A stretch of DNA of 64,000 bases. Origin: the human T2T-CHM13v2.0 reference genome, Homo sapiens. The stretch is from assembly GCF_009914755.1 (NCBI RefSeq), contig NC_060937.1; one strand, given 5' to 3'. Positions within the stretch are counted from its first letter, which is position 1; every line of letters begins with the position of its first letter. Position numbers and translations under genes: made by a program. This document shows positions 1 through 13,299 of this stretch, one piece after another. Below the pieces are notes generated by a model. The model was not told where the DNA came from. It did not search any database and saw only the letters and a program-made list of their open reading frames with translations.

Positions 1-457
1 GTTAACGACACACGGAATAAGAAAGGAGCCTACTAGTGTTTGGATAAGAGATTAACAGAATTTCAAAGGCACTTGGACTTGTTTAGTTTATTTTTGAAAA
101 GAAAGAAAAAAAACACAGTAATTAGTATCTTCAGATTCCTACTAGACTAATGGAAACGCAACCAAATTCAGCTCATTTACAATTCTGTCTAGTAGTGCCC
201 AGCCCTGAATTTCTTTCCAGTTGCAATGTTTTCAGATTCAAATTGCCCATCCCCACATCTTTTGCCATTTTGGCGAATCCCTTAGAGGGGAGCCATGTAG
301 TTTAGAATCAGAAGCAATTGCGTTTCACATCAAAAAATATTTTTATTTCAGAGAAACTAAGACAGAAAAGCATAGCCATAATAATCTTGCTTCTCTTTTG
401 AGTTACATCTAGGATTGCTAGCTATTCTTTGCCCGCACATCCTTGCCACAGTACAAA

Positions 458-485
458 CACATACACACACACACACACACACACG
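458..485. repeat. (CA)n microsatellite
   Basis: Direct reading. Confidence 0.9.
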
Positions 486-1399
486 CCAAAAAAAGAGTGT
501 TCATCAGTTCCAGAAGGTTCACAAAATATACAAGCCTTTTACCCTAAAACCTTGTGATACATCCCAAAATATCTTTTACCATCAGAGATTAGCTCATCAG
601 TCCTTTTGTCTAACTATCATATTTCCTGATTCTGAAACAATAGCTCACAACTAGAATGACCTTTAAATATGAAAAGAAATAGAGAAAGTGTCCAACAAAC
701 AAAACTTAAAATCTATATGTGGATCAAGAAGGCAGTCATAAAATGCAAAGGGCTTCTTATTACAGTAGCTAAAGGCAAGGTAATCAGTTAAATTACCATG
801 ATGAATGTACTTTCGTGGGCTTTCAGAGTTTGTAATAAAATGGCAATCAGATTTACCCAAGAAAGCAAGAATATCCCATGCATGTGTAATAGTTTACTCA
901 ATCAAGAAGGATTTGCTAATCAGCTACTATCTGCTCATCACTGAATTTGATGCTGAGATTTTTATTAAGTAAAATATGTGCTATTACACTTGTTGCCGGT
1001 GTAATTATGGTAAGAAAACTAAATATGTGTTAAATAGAAATGGAGTAAGGTAGAATAACCAATGAGAAGCTTCAAGGAGGAGGTGCCACTTTCACTGTAC
1101 CTTCAGGGCAAAATTAACAAAAGTAAAAGGGGGGAAAAAAGACTCCCCTAGCCTGGGAAAAAACCCAACTTTTGTTTCTGACAATTTTATAACAAAAAAA
1201 AGAAGTAGGATGGGATTTAATCCAGAATAAAAGTGAATAGCTTTACAGAGTAGAGAAAATGCTTTTATATGAGACTAGAGAAGAGTAAGAGGACAATTAT
1301 TTATGCAAATAAAAAAGAAAGAAAAATCATTCCATTATGAGGAGACAAATTTGTTTTGGGTTCCTGCTTCATTCCAAATAACAGAAAGTACATATACAA

Positions 1400-1530
1400 T
1401 ATCCATCATCCATTCATCTACCCATTCATTCATTCAGCAGACACTTCATAGTGCAGATTGTGTGTTGAAGACAATAGCAGGCTTTGAAGAATACAAAAAA
1501 CATATAGTTCCTTCCCTGAAAGTGCTGCTG
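1400..1530 (-). mobile_element. L2 LINE 3' end fragment
   Basis: CATTCATTCATTCAGCAGACAC... typical of the reverse-strand L2 tail. Confidence 0.6.
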
Positions 1531-3164
1531 ATGTATAATTAAAGGCTGTTCTTTTCCCCTTCCCCAACCTACCTACCATCCCTATTGTGAGCTCAAAGCA
1601 GGAAGGCTGACAAAGCTGTTATTTGAAATATTTGTATGATTGAGAAGGCGACCACCTTTCAAGGTTTCCAAGACACGGCATTTTTCAAGAACTGTTTATG
1701 TCCTTCTTCCTATGAATAAGACAGAAAGCTGACATACAGCTATGGTATTACTCTTCTTTTTACTTGAAATTGCAAAATGATTAAAGCCATCAAGCAACAA
1801 TAGTTGACCTACTGAGGGAAAATACCAGATAGGTGCCCTGGAGAGATTGATGAGTGAATATATTTAGAAAGGATTCCCAAGACTATTTGCATTTGTCTCT
1901 GAGACTGCTTTCTCTCCTTTGCCTCTGTGGTTAGCTTCTCCATAGCTCCATGTTGTCATCCAAACTGAACCTACTTGATATGGAGCCTCCTAAGCTACAG
2001 GGAAACAAGCCCACTCATCAACACAAGTAATAACAGACTGGGAATCTTCACTCACGCAATCAAAGTTTCTGTTGATTTCAGTAGAAAATCAGTGTTTTCT
2101 GATACTTTTAAGGCAACACCTACAAGTTTAAAGCCATTTAGATAAAGCCATAAGTTACGAGGGAGTTATGTGTCTCAATCTCTCCATTCATTGAGGACTT
2201 ATCGTTCCTGGGGCACTTTTCTGCAGGGGAACAATGAAGAGCAATGGAAAGTAAGCGGTGGCATAACTCCCAGCTCCAAGCCTGATGTCTCCTGAATAGT
2301 CCCTACATTAACGTGCTACTGGAATGATTCTCAAATACAAAAGGGGAGGAAGGCATTTTGGAAATGCTTTGCATGGACTCAGGGCTTCATTTTTAATTTG
2401 CCATGAAATCCTACATAAGTTACTTAAGATTCTGGGCCTCAGCTTTCTAAACTTTAAAAAAAAATATGAAAGAAAAATGGACAAAATTAACATTCTCTGA
2501 TTCAACCTACATTCCAGTGATGGTGTCTACTTTGGTAATTACTTTTAAGCCTGCAGCAATGGCAATGACTAATTCTATTACTACATATAATACTGAACAT
2601 ACTAATATATGACTTTATATTATTTCAGTAACTCAGAAATAACAATAATCCAGTAATCAAGATCAGTGATAGCTCAAGGAACAAAATAACAGAACCAATC
2701 TTAATAGTCACAGGAAGCCAAACAGGAGTCTAGCTAAAAAATGTTGATGTCATTTTCCTCTATATGCTTCCTACAAAATTCTAAACCCATCTCAGAACAC
2801 CAGTGGAGGGCAAAATGGGTCAATAGGCACATTTCCATAGATAAAATGTGGGGTGGGTGGGGCTCAAAATTGAGAATTTTAGCAACAATGCTGTTTTTCT
2901 TAGCCTAAAGTATTTTCTTCTGTAGGAATATAAGTATTTGAGTAAGAACTGAAATTAGAAACCCAAGCAACTAGTCTCCAATGTTTTCAACTACAACATT
3001 AATACAAAATCAGTAAGAGTAAGATGAAGACTATTTTGGAATTGCAGGCAAAACTTCCACGAAGGATACAGTTTTTGAGAGTAGGCACAGTCAATAGTTT
3101 TGACTCTGAGGTATCAGTGAATCTATTTATAAATCAACTCAACTAATTGTCATGCAGGGCCTAT

Positions 3165-3259
3165 CCACGCAGAGATAATAAGAGCTTAGAGTCAAAGAGG
3201 GAAGGGTAATGACCACGCAGAGATAATAAGAGCTTAGGGTCTAAGAGAGAAGGGTAATT
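3165..3259. repeat. 48-bp tandem duplication (2 copies)
   Basis: CCACGCAGAGATAATAAGAGCTTAG...GAAGGGTAAT starts at 3165 and again at 3213. Confidence 0.92.
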
Positions 3260-5699
3260 GAATACAAAAATTGTTAAGAGTGGCTTGAAAGAACTGTGAT
3301 GTAAAGGCAGATTATTGGTGCAAAGGAGGGATTGGTCAATCCCTGGGGAGGATGAACAGAGACCATGCATTTCAGGTAGACAGGGATGACTGCAGTAAGT
3401 AGCCACTGGCTGAGGAATTCTAGGCACTGTGAGCTGCTCCCTTATAGCTCAAACATGGATTTCTAGGGCAGTTGTTGCAAGGCCTGCTCAAGCAGGACCT
3501 AGTCTGCCAAGCTAAGGCATCTAGATTTCACCACTAAAGGGCTTTACACAGATGAATCACATAATCAGATTTTCTTTTAGAATGATAACTCTACCAGCTG
3601 CATAGAGAATGGATTAGAAGGGTGTGATATTACAGACAGTCATATGCGAGACTGTTGGCTTCCAAACTAAATTTAAGTGACCCCTTTCTACGAATTCTAT
3701 GGGTCAAAACTTCTACTAAACATAGCTCTCACATTCATATTGCCTCTTTAGAAGCATAGCAGAATCTAAACATATTTTGAAGGTTAATATGTTTTTTAAT
3801 ATCCTGTTAGATTCCCTTAGCAGGAAAAAGAAAAGCCATTCAAGGCTGACATTAAGATACATTTTTCAAGCGGCTGTTATGATCATTCTAACCCCATCTT
3901 TCCCTGACTATACTACTAAATACAACATAGTTAAGCTTTTGCAGGAAAACATTCTCATAACCATATTCTCTGCCTTGTGTTTTTCGTACTCTGTCACAGA
4001 AAGAATATGGAGTGCTTTTAAAGCTGCTTATGTAATTCACAGCAAGATCTGTTCCATTCTTAGTTATCAGTAAAGTTATTAAGTTAGCAGCAATCCACGT
4101 ACTTTTTTCTACTTCTACCAGAAAAGAAGGCATGAAACTCAATCACTTACGAAATGATCCTCCATGAATAAATTATCCTGCGGCTATGATATTTTTAAAA
4201 TTACCTCACACCTATTAAAAACTAAATTAATCAAATCACTTAGATGTCAGAATATTTTTTAAAAGAGAGATACTGTCAAAATGCTACGATTTCTGGTAAA
4301 GATCCTCCAACTTCTTAAGGAATCTGAATTAAAATAGAACTGCTTCTCTAAAGAACCCTACAAAACCTATTAGCTATTGAGATTATAATACGTGTTGCTT
4401 CTGGGTAAAGAATACCTATGTTTGCCCACTTGGGCAAAACACTAATTAGATGTGTAACAACACAACATCTATTACCAGAGCATTTGAAAAATGTATTTTT
4501 AAAAATCAAACTAAATTTCCTTCTAAGTAGAATGTAGTCCAAGAGTATTATCTGTTGGTTGATTGAGATTTGCTCTCATATCCTGTTTGATATAAGACAA
4601 CCTGTCAGTTTAAGCCACTTTCATAGTATTTGAGCTCTCACTGCCTGTCAGTCTCTGGATGTACAAAGGATCTGCAGTAAGGAAGAAGAGAGGCACATAA
4701 GAGATCATTGCCCTCTCAAGGACAAGGTCCAGGGCTAGCATAGTCATGCACATGAGGTTCAAAGAAGGTTTCCTGGAGAAGAAGACTTAGAGTTTGACAC
4801 AGAGTAGTGTGTCCAGGTAAAGAAAGGTGCAAAGAGCATTTTATATAGATGAATCTACGTGGCCTAAAATATCATACAAAGGTATGGAGCAGCATTGGTG
4901 CAGGGAACAACTACTGGTAGCTTGATGTACCTAGAATGAGAAGCTGTGGGAAACCACGCTGTTGAAGCAGGGAAGGCCTGGAACCTGGATGTTCTTCTAG
5001 AACATGAGGCTGGCTCACTCTCCTAAGACAGGATGAGGAAAAATTTTACTGAATTTCAAGTGAGGGGCCATGTAATACAACCTCTGGTTTATGGTCTTAA
5101 TTCCAGCACTAACTTGCTATAAACATCTGGGGAAAATCACTTAGGTTTTCTACATCCCTCTTCCCTTTCAAGAGATACTCTACCTACTTACTCAGGTATA
5201 TTGAAGAAGTAAAAAGGATTTGGAGAACATAACCACAATATTACTTAAGAATATTGTCATTTTAATAATAAGTATTATGCATCACATGAACTACCCAAGG
5301 CAAACAAGAAATAGCAAGCACATACATCTTACAGCATGTGTGGATAGCACCTATTTCTATAAAGCAAATGCGATGATGAGTTTATTAAACATGGCACTAC
5401 TTTGGCATGTCCTCCCATTCTTTTTTTAAAAAACAGTGCTGTCCCAAGGGAAAACAAATAAAGCAAATAAAAATTCTCTCCATCCTCTCTCAACCTATCT
5501 TTTTTTCCATTCTTTCCTTTTTCCCTACAAAGCATGCCTTTTCCCCCATCCCTTTCTAAAGTAAAAAGCTGGAGCATGCTTGTCTCATATGTATATGTTG
5601 GTATAGATCTGTTGCCGTGGGTTGTTCTTTTCTAGAAGAGTTAGCATCTTCACCCATGTGGCCATGGCTCCTACGTTATTAAGAAAGCTGTGAACATTT

Positions 5700-7100
5700 C
5701 AGGGAGGCAGTATGAGTTTACTAAACATGTATTAGACTAACCTAACTTTATTTACTTTTATGAAACTCTTCTTGGAGAGGTAAAATGTAAGAATGCAACA
5801 AAGATTATATATTCTATTTCTTCAGGGCTCCAGGCAGGATTTCTCTTGCTCTCCTTTTGGACTGGAAAAGGGTGTTAATCAGGAGCAGACCAATCAGTTG
5901 GATAGATTCAATAGCCAATTAATAACATTAATCAAAGTGTACTGGTTATTAGTGTATTCATATCCCTAGGACAACAATGGGGAGAGTTACTATAATGGTA
6001 ACAATGATGGAATATATAGTTCTCTACTACATTTAACATTTTTGTCTATCATTTGGATTAAATTTCTGATTATCAAATGTGTAGTAACACACAGATTCAA
6101 AAGATAAAGATTGAAAAGTATCTTTAAATTATCCCAAATCCTGAAGTATTTTGGTTGAAATCAATAAAATAAAATTTAACAAGCACAAAAATAAAAAATT
6201 CAGCTTCAGGATTCAAAAATTGAATGGTAGGATAAAGTAGACCTAATTTAAAGACATTGTAAATAGGTATATTCATAAAATGAAATACTATATAGCTAAA
6301 TAAACCATATGGCTATTATAAATATGTTCTATAACTACATAATTCCATATACTATATAAATGTATAACTAACTATAAATAACTATATAATTGAAGTTTAG
6401 AAAAGATTAGTAACCCATCCCAGGTCATATAATTAGTAAGCAATGGGATGTACAGCCTAGGGCCATCTGAATTCAAACCCTAGATTGTTATCCACTATGT
6501 CACATTGCTTCTCAAGGCAGAATGGAACTCTGTTTACTGACATAAAGAGACTATGTCATATATGGCAGCGTACAGAGCCATATATATTTATATATATAGA
6601 GAGAGAGAACATATAAGCTCAGAATATATACACATACATATACATACACACATTACACATAACATATGCATATATATCAATAAAGATGGCTCATGGGAAA
6701 AGTCTTCAAGGTTATAAAATTTCAACACTGGATGTTTCTCGGTAGTGGCATTAATTGCTGATTTTAAATTATTATTTTTCATCTGAATTTTCTAGTTTTT
6801 ATAGTGATCATGTATTGCTTGTATAGTTAAAATGCATCATGTGACTAGCGAGGCATTGCAGTGATCAGAATTTTAGTATTAGTCAACAATATGACACAGG
6901 TGCTACAATCATTAAAGCAGTTCTGTTGTGTATTTAAGAACAGCCATATTCTAATGGAGTGGAAAACCACTTTCACGTGTCTTGCACTGATGCCCAGAAC
7001 ACCGTGTTCAATAGAACATCCAAAAGTGGATAGCCAGCATGGTAGGAGGTCTGGAGCCCATGTCCTATCAAGAAAAGCTAAGGAACCGAGCAGAGCCCAA
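5700..7100 (+). mobile_element. Degenerate CR1/L3 LINE fragments interrupted by AT-rich and L1-like sequence
   Basis: TTTAACATTTTTGTCTATCATTTGGA...AAATGTGTAGTAACACA and GGTCTGGAGCCCATGTCCTATCAAGAAAAGCTAAGGAAC resemble the L3 RT and 3' regions. Confidence 0.5.
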
Positions 7101-7214
7101 AAATAAAGGGGAAATACATGGTGAGATGCATGACCATGGCCAGTTAAAATGGCAAAGTTCAGAAGCTGGGTTCGTTAGTGTTATTCCAGAAGTGGACAGG
7201 AGAAGCAGACCTGC

Positions 7215-7560
7215 CAGTCAGTCAATATTGAGGTCCTTCTAGGTACCAGGCCCTATGCTCGACATCAGGGATTTACAATGACTCAAGAGACAATCACTGC
7301 CCTCAGAGAACTCATGGGTGAGTAACTCATCACAGTATTGCTAATAATTAAATAATTCTACCGTAGAAAGTGTCCTAAAGGAGATATGCAGGTGCTGAAG
7401 GAGCACCCAGTGTGGCAGCTTGTCATCGGTGTCACAGAAGACCCCCCTGAGATGGTGAGGTGGATGTGTACAAGCTGACACCTGACACATCATCAGGAGT
7501 TGACATGGCCAGGAGGGGGCTGAGTTTGTAAAGGTGGAAGGAGGCTTTAGGAAGTGTGCA
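7215..7560 (-). mobile_element. L2 fragment
   Basis: TATTGAGGTCCTTCTAGGTACCAGGCCCTATGCT...CTGCCCTCAGAGAACTCA motif of the L2 3' region. Confidence 0.6.
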
Positions 7561-8643
7561 GAGTGGGAGGGAGTAAGGCCTGCTGCGGAAATCAATGAAG
7601 CCCTCTCGCACTTTTGCATAAGAAGCAATGACTCCTAACAGCGCTGGCAATCCCAACTGCCCTGGCCATGAAACACACCTAACAGGAACATGTTGCAAGA
7701 TCCAGAGTGACAGAACTGTCAGCTTTACAGTGGGTCACTGGGGTCAGCCACTGAAGCGGAATCAGGCCTCGGAACACTAGGTGATGCTAGAGAGGAAACA
7801 GTCTACTTTTAACCCGAAATTCGAATGGAATCATATGATTCTGTTTTGTCATGGATAGGGAGTCATTTAGCAACATGCAGCAAAGGGAATGTTTATAAAA
7901 ATATAAACAGTGATGATCTCCCAGGAGGCAATCTCTATTTATAACAAAAAATCTTTAATAACTAAGAAAAAATAGATACAGCAATATCTCTAAGAATGCA
8001 TACGACCCTAAGTAAGATTTTCTGGGTAAAAAAAAAAAAAAAGCAATCTGATAAGCACATCTCATGAGGATGTGTGAGTGGGCAAGAAATTCGCAGATAA
8101 GCTTTGATGTGGGCAAGTGTAAAATTATTCATTTATGCAAAATAATTCAAATGTCCCCTGTAGAAAGATGAGTTCCAAGAAATCAGTTACAGCTCAGAAA
8201 AGGATCTAAAAGTCAGATATTCCCTAAAAATGTGTTACTATAGTCGAAATAGCATATAAAATGTTAAGAACTCTACATTATTGACAACCATGGTATATGT
8301 AACCTAGCCTTAAGGAACCAGTTTCCTAAAAGATCAGCAGCCTTGGGAGATGTTACGGGATACAGCATGAGGGAAACTGAGTCTCCTGTAGTTTGAAGCA
8401 AAGAAAAAACAGACAACCAGTGAGAGATGAAAAAGAAAGAAGAGGCATTTCTCCCTCCATCCATAGTGCAGAATGTGAATTAAGGAAGACAATTAAGGAC
8501 TACAGGAAGTGAGCAATGCCAAGATGAAACAGAAGCAGCCAACATAAGAAAAACTAAGGGTAGCAAGCCTGGGCATAGAGAAAATCACAAAGATAATCGA
8601 GAAAAGTCTAACACCAGATAGCAGCAAAGGTGGTTATTCCAGA

Positions 8644-8752
8644 GCAGTGGTTCTCAAAATGTGACGTCTTTGCAATGCATCAGCATCACCTAGAAACCAC
8701 AGTTTGAAATATAAAATCCCTCTCAGCCCCACCTGGGATCAAATGAATCAGA
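8644..8752. mobile_element. MER5-type hAT-Charlie MITE fragment
   Basis: CAGTGGTTCTCAAA TIR followed by CAGCATCACCTAGAA...TGAATCAGA. Confidence 0.7.
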
Positions 8753-8997
8753 GAGATCAAGAAACCAGGAAACTGAAGAAGAATCCTCCCCGAGCCCAGG
8801 CTGAGCAATTTAGCCGGGTGTTGGGTTTGTAGGAGGCCACATCAGACACGGGACCACTTTTCTTTACCAATCCTTTTTCTCTCTAACCTCGTTTGCATGC
8901 CTTTAGCAAAAAGGTACTTCTTACTCAGCAATCTTCTCTTCCTGGAAACTGATGCCCAGATTTCTATCCCAGTGCTGCCCTCTGGTTTTATCTAGAC

Positions 8998-9216
8998 CAC
9001 TGGTTCTCCACTCTGGCCATTTTGCCCCTCGAGAACATATCACAAAGTGGGAGACCTTTTTGGTTGTCAAAACTGTGAGAGTGGGGTAATGATACTAGCA
9101 CCTATTGGGTAGAGGGCAGAGATGCTGCTAAACATTCGGCAATTCACAGGAAAGCTCCCCACAACAAAGAATTCTCCAGACCAAAATGTCACTAGTGCTG
9201 CTGTTCAGAAACCATG
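8998..9216. mobile_element. MER20 hAT-Charlie MITE
   Basis: Degenerate TIRs CACTGGTTCTC...AGAAACCATG and internal GGGTAGAGGGCAGAGATGCTGCTAAACAT...CCCACAACAAAGAATT. Confidence 0.85.
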
Positions 9217-10175
9217 ATCCAGATCAGTTGCCCCGGAAACTACATTCACACCAAGCATCATCTCTTTGCTCCTCCACTCCTCCAGCTCAAACTAGTTCCA
9301 CTAGCACTGTGAAATCCTGGTTGTGCTGACATAGTCAACTTCCCTTTATACCCAAACTTCTCCATGTCTGCTCTCCATAGGCTCAATTTAATTACATGTG
9401 GCTTTTCTCAGGCGACACAACCCTCTCAGCTACATTCTCCATGTCAATGATGAATATAATATTCATTCTATTGCTTACAAACCCCAAAAGAGAATTGATG
9501 TCATGTTATTAGCAGTCATGTTTTCTGATTTGAACGTGTTGAACAAGCATATTAAGAGAGTTTCCATAATAATGCCACTTATCAGGAGTCATAAAAATCT
9601 GCAAACTTTAGCTCCAGAAAGATAATAAAAATGCATCTCTCCAGAAACAGTTTTGACTTTCTTTTTATCAATAGAAACTTAAAAGTCAGAAGGCTGAGAA
9701 GTGAATTTTTCTAGAAAGAAAGTTAAAAACCCTGAGCATGTTTGATTCCTTGGTTTTACCTAAATATAACATATTATGAACCCATGGGTTTAGGTTAAAG
9801 TAGGACAAATTCTGGGAATATGTACTTTCACTATATGGGAAATTGTGGTGCAACAAATCTATAAATATTTTTCAAATATTACTTTCACTAATCAGTAGTC
9901 CCATGGAAATGATGAACCTCATTTTTCTCCTCAGAATAAAGCTGATACTAAGGGGGGAAAATTATAATTACACATGTGCGTGCACACTGAATTATGCTGC
10001 ACTGTTTTCAAATACAAACCTGAGAAGAAAATGGAGAAGAGACAAGAGTGAATATGGACTATGGTGACCTGTTAAAAACACACACTTGTGAAAACATTCA
10101 TTAATAATAAATTAACACACATTTACCAGATCCTTATATGACAGCATACAGCAGGTAATTTAACCTCAAAAATTC

Positions 10176-10415
10176 AGCCAGGAGTTTGACATCAATCTGA
10201 GCAACATAGTAAGACCTCCGTCTCTACAAAAAAATTAAAAAATTAGCCAGTGTGGTGGCACATGCCTGTAGTCCCAGCTACTCAGGATGCTGAGGCAGGA
10301 GGATCCCTTGAGCCCAAGAGTTTGAGGTTGTTGTGAGCTATAATTGTGCCATCGCACTGCACTCCAGCCTAGGTGACAGAGTGAAACCCTCTTTAATTAA
10401 AAAAAAAAAAAAAAA
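10176..10415 (+). mobile_element. AluJ, 5'-truncated
   Basis: End of left arm, A-rich linker, right arm with GGAGGATCCCTTGAGCCC (J-type) and poly(A). Confidence 0.9.
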
Positions 10416-11498
10416 TCATCTCCCCAACAGGCTTAAAGAAAGAATCCATCAGCTTCACAGAAATGTCCTTTGAGCTCATGTGGAGCAAAGGCAGACGCCT
10501 TGTTATACTTCCTGCCCATGTGGAAACTCTGATGGGTCTTGTTTTCCCATCTCTCTTCCTATCTTGTGTAGTTAACTTGCACACCCTCCTTAGCAAACTG
10601 CACAACTTTTTAGGATAAATAAAAGTCCTCTTTGTACTTGGCAAAAGTCAAGCTGCCTGCCATAGCCTTTGTATAGAACACAGGAAGGGGCTGACCAGTC
10701 AGCCGACAAGCACTGTACTTCTTGACAACTGTCCACGTATTCAGGTGTAAAATGATGATATGGAAATTCAAAGGACGCTATGTGGGAATAACAGAGCTTC
10801 CACTGAAGTAAGGAGTGGCGTAAGATGCAGCCATATTCATACAAGTTTCTCTCGAATGTCTATTCATCTCCTGCAAGCTTTCTACATAAGCGTGGTCACT
10901 GGACACGGCCTCCCTCTCACCAAACTCCAGGTCATTCCAACCTAACTTGCTTCAGGGAGCAACAGATTCTCCTCTTATGGGGGTGGAGGTATCCACCACA
11001 ACACCCACGTTGCTCCTCCTCAGACCTGCAGGCCAGCACTGGGTACTCTCTTCTGCTTCTCACCACTAACTGCTAAGGGCCTCCTCTCCTTTCTCAGGCC
11101 TCGTGGAAATCTCTCCCCATCTCCCTTTCTACCTCTCTTCTAACTCTTGCCTCAGGAAAATTATTCTTCCTCCTTCTGAATCTCTCATTATATTTCTTTC
11201 CTATGTGAATCAAAAAGACTAAAATTTTGTAAAAAGTACAGTTACAAGTATAATAAAATTATACCCAGTTAAAAACCCAGGATTTCCCTTTGGAACCTAA
11301 ATCATAACAGAAAAAAAAAACGATCTTCTTCCTCATCTTTCTCTAATTAAATGTGCTTTCTTTCCCCTCGAACATGTCTTCAAATTACATTCTTTATTCA
11401 GGTTTACAGTGTCTCCTTTGCCTGAAATTATATTTTAATAGTTTTTCATTGGAAATCTTCAGAGAGTATTTAAATTGAATTAAACAGGGTTTTGTGGG

Positions 11499-12005
11499 TG
11501 TATTAGTTATGGGTAACTAGTTCCTGCAAAATTCAGTGGCTTAAGACAACAAAGATGTATTATCTGACAGTTGCTGTGGGTCAGAAATGCAGAGCGTCTT
11601 AGCTGGGTGGTTCTAGGCAGTGAGGCTATCAGCAGGCCTGCAGTCTTCTCAAGGCTTCACAGGGACTGGCAGGTCCACTTCTAAGCTGGCGTCTTCACAT
11701 GGCATTTGGTCAGAGACCTCCGTTCCTCACCATGGGGGCCTTTCCACAGGCCGCCTGAGCATCCTCAGGATGTGACAGCTGGCTGGCCCCAGGGTGAGGG
11801 ATCCAGGAGAAAGGGAGAAAAGAGAGCCAAGGTGGCTTTTGTCATCTAGTCTCTGAAGCCACATTCAGTTGCCTCTGCTTTTTTCTTCTTTTTCTATTCG
11901 TTAGAAGTAAGTCACTAAATCCAGCCCATGCTGAAGGGAGAGGAATTAGCTCTACCATTTGAAGGTTTTGTCAAAGAATTTCTGAACATATTTCAAACAA
12001 CCACA
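11499..12005 (-). mobile_element. MLT1-family (ERVL-MaLR) solo LTR
   Basis: TGTATTAGTT...AGTGGCTTAAGACAACA...CTGTGGGTCAGAAAT...ACCACA termini. Confidence 0.75.
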
Positions 12006-12261
12006 GTAAGCAGGACTTGAATGCAAGTCCCACTTATGACATTATTTCCACTGGGGAAAAAGTGTTCTGCAACCTAACTACAAGCAAATGTTTAAAACGC
12101 AGCTTTTTTGGTAAAGGAGATACACCTCATATTATATAAATATGGCTGGGACGTTGTCAAACATTATGGTGTATTACTGAGCCTTTGAAATGTACTGAAA
12201 GCTGCAAGTTTATAGATTTCATCATTATAAAATACCCAAACAACCACAATATCTGTACCTT

Positions 12262-12263
<2 letters not shown>

Positions 12264-12306
<43 letters not shown>
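12264..12306. repeat. (CA)n microsatellite, about 21 units
   Basis: Direct reading. Confidence 0.95.
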
Positions 12307-12308
<2 letters not shown>

Positions 12309-12515
12309 GCAACATTCATTTGAAAATTGAAATACCTACAGAATAGCTATAGGGTTCCATAGAGAATAACAGGATTGGATGACTCCTTGAGGAAAACATG
12401 GGGGGAATTTTAGCTACTAAGGAGACAAGTTGTTTTAATAAATGGCTCATAAACCTTATTTACATTTACTCAAACACCAGGACAAGTCCATCATTAGCCA
12501 TCAGCAATTACATAA

Positions 12516-12905
<390 letters not shown>

Positions 12906-13299
12906 TCAAAATATCCTCTCTTATAATAGACTGCTCTAATTCTCACTCCTCTTCCCCTTCCCATTGCGCACCTCTGCTATCCTGAAAGAGTCTTGAATCA
13001 AGAGTTTAGATTTACTTTCATCTTCTATAAACACTATGTGAATGGATATAGTTTAAATTCCAAAATGCCTTGTCTATAATAATTGGAGTCCAGTGTCAAG
13101 TCACAAGGAATTGAAAACCATTATATCTAAAAATAAAAGCAATATACCTAGTAAAAATGTATATTGGACTCATGGAAAAATATTAGACATAGTCACGAGA
13201 GCAGTGAGGCATAAAGAAAATACAGTTTGCTAATAAACTTCTTGTTTTTCTGTCTTGCTGTGCATTCTCTCTCAATCTCTTTGCCATCTCCCCTTCACC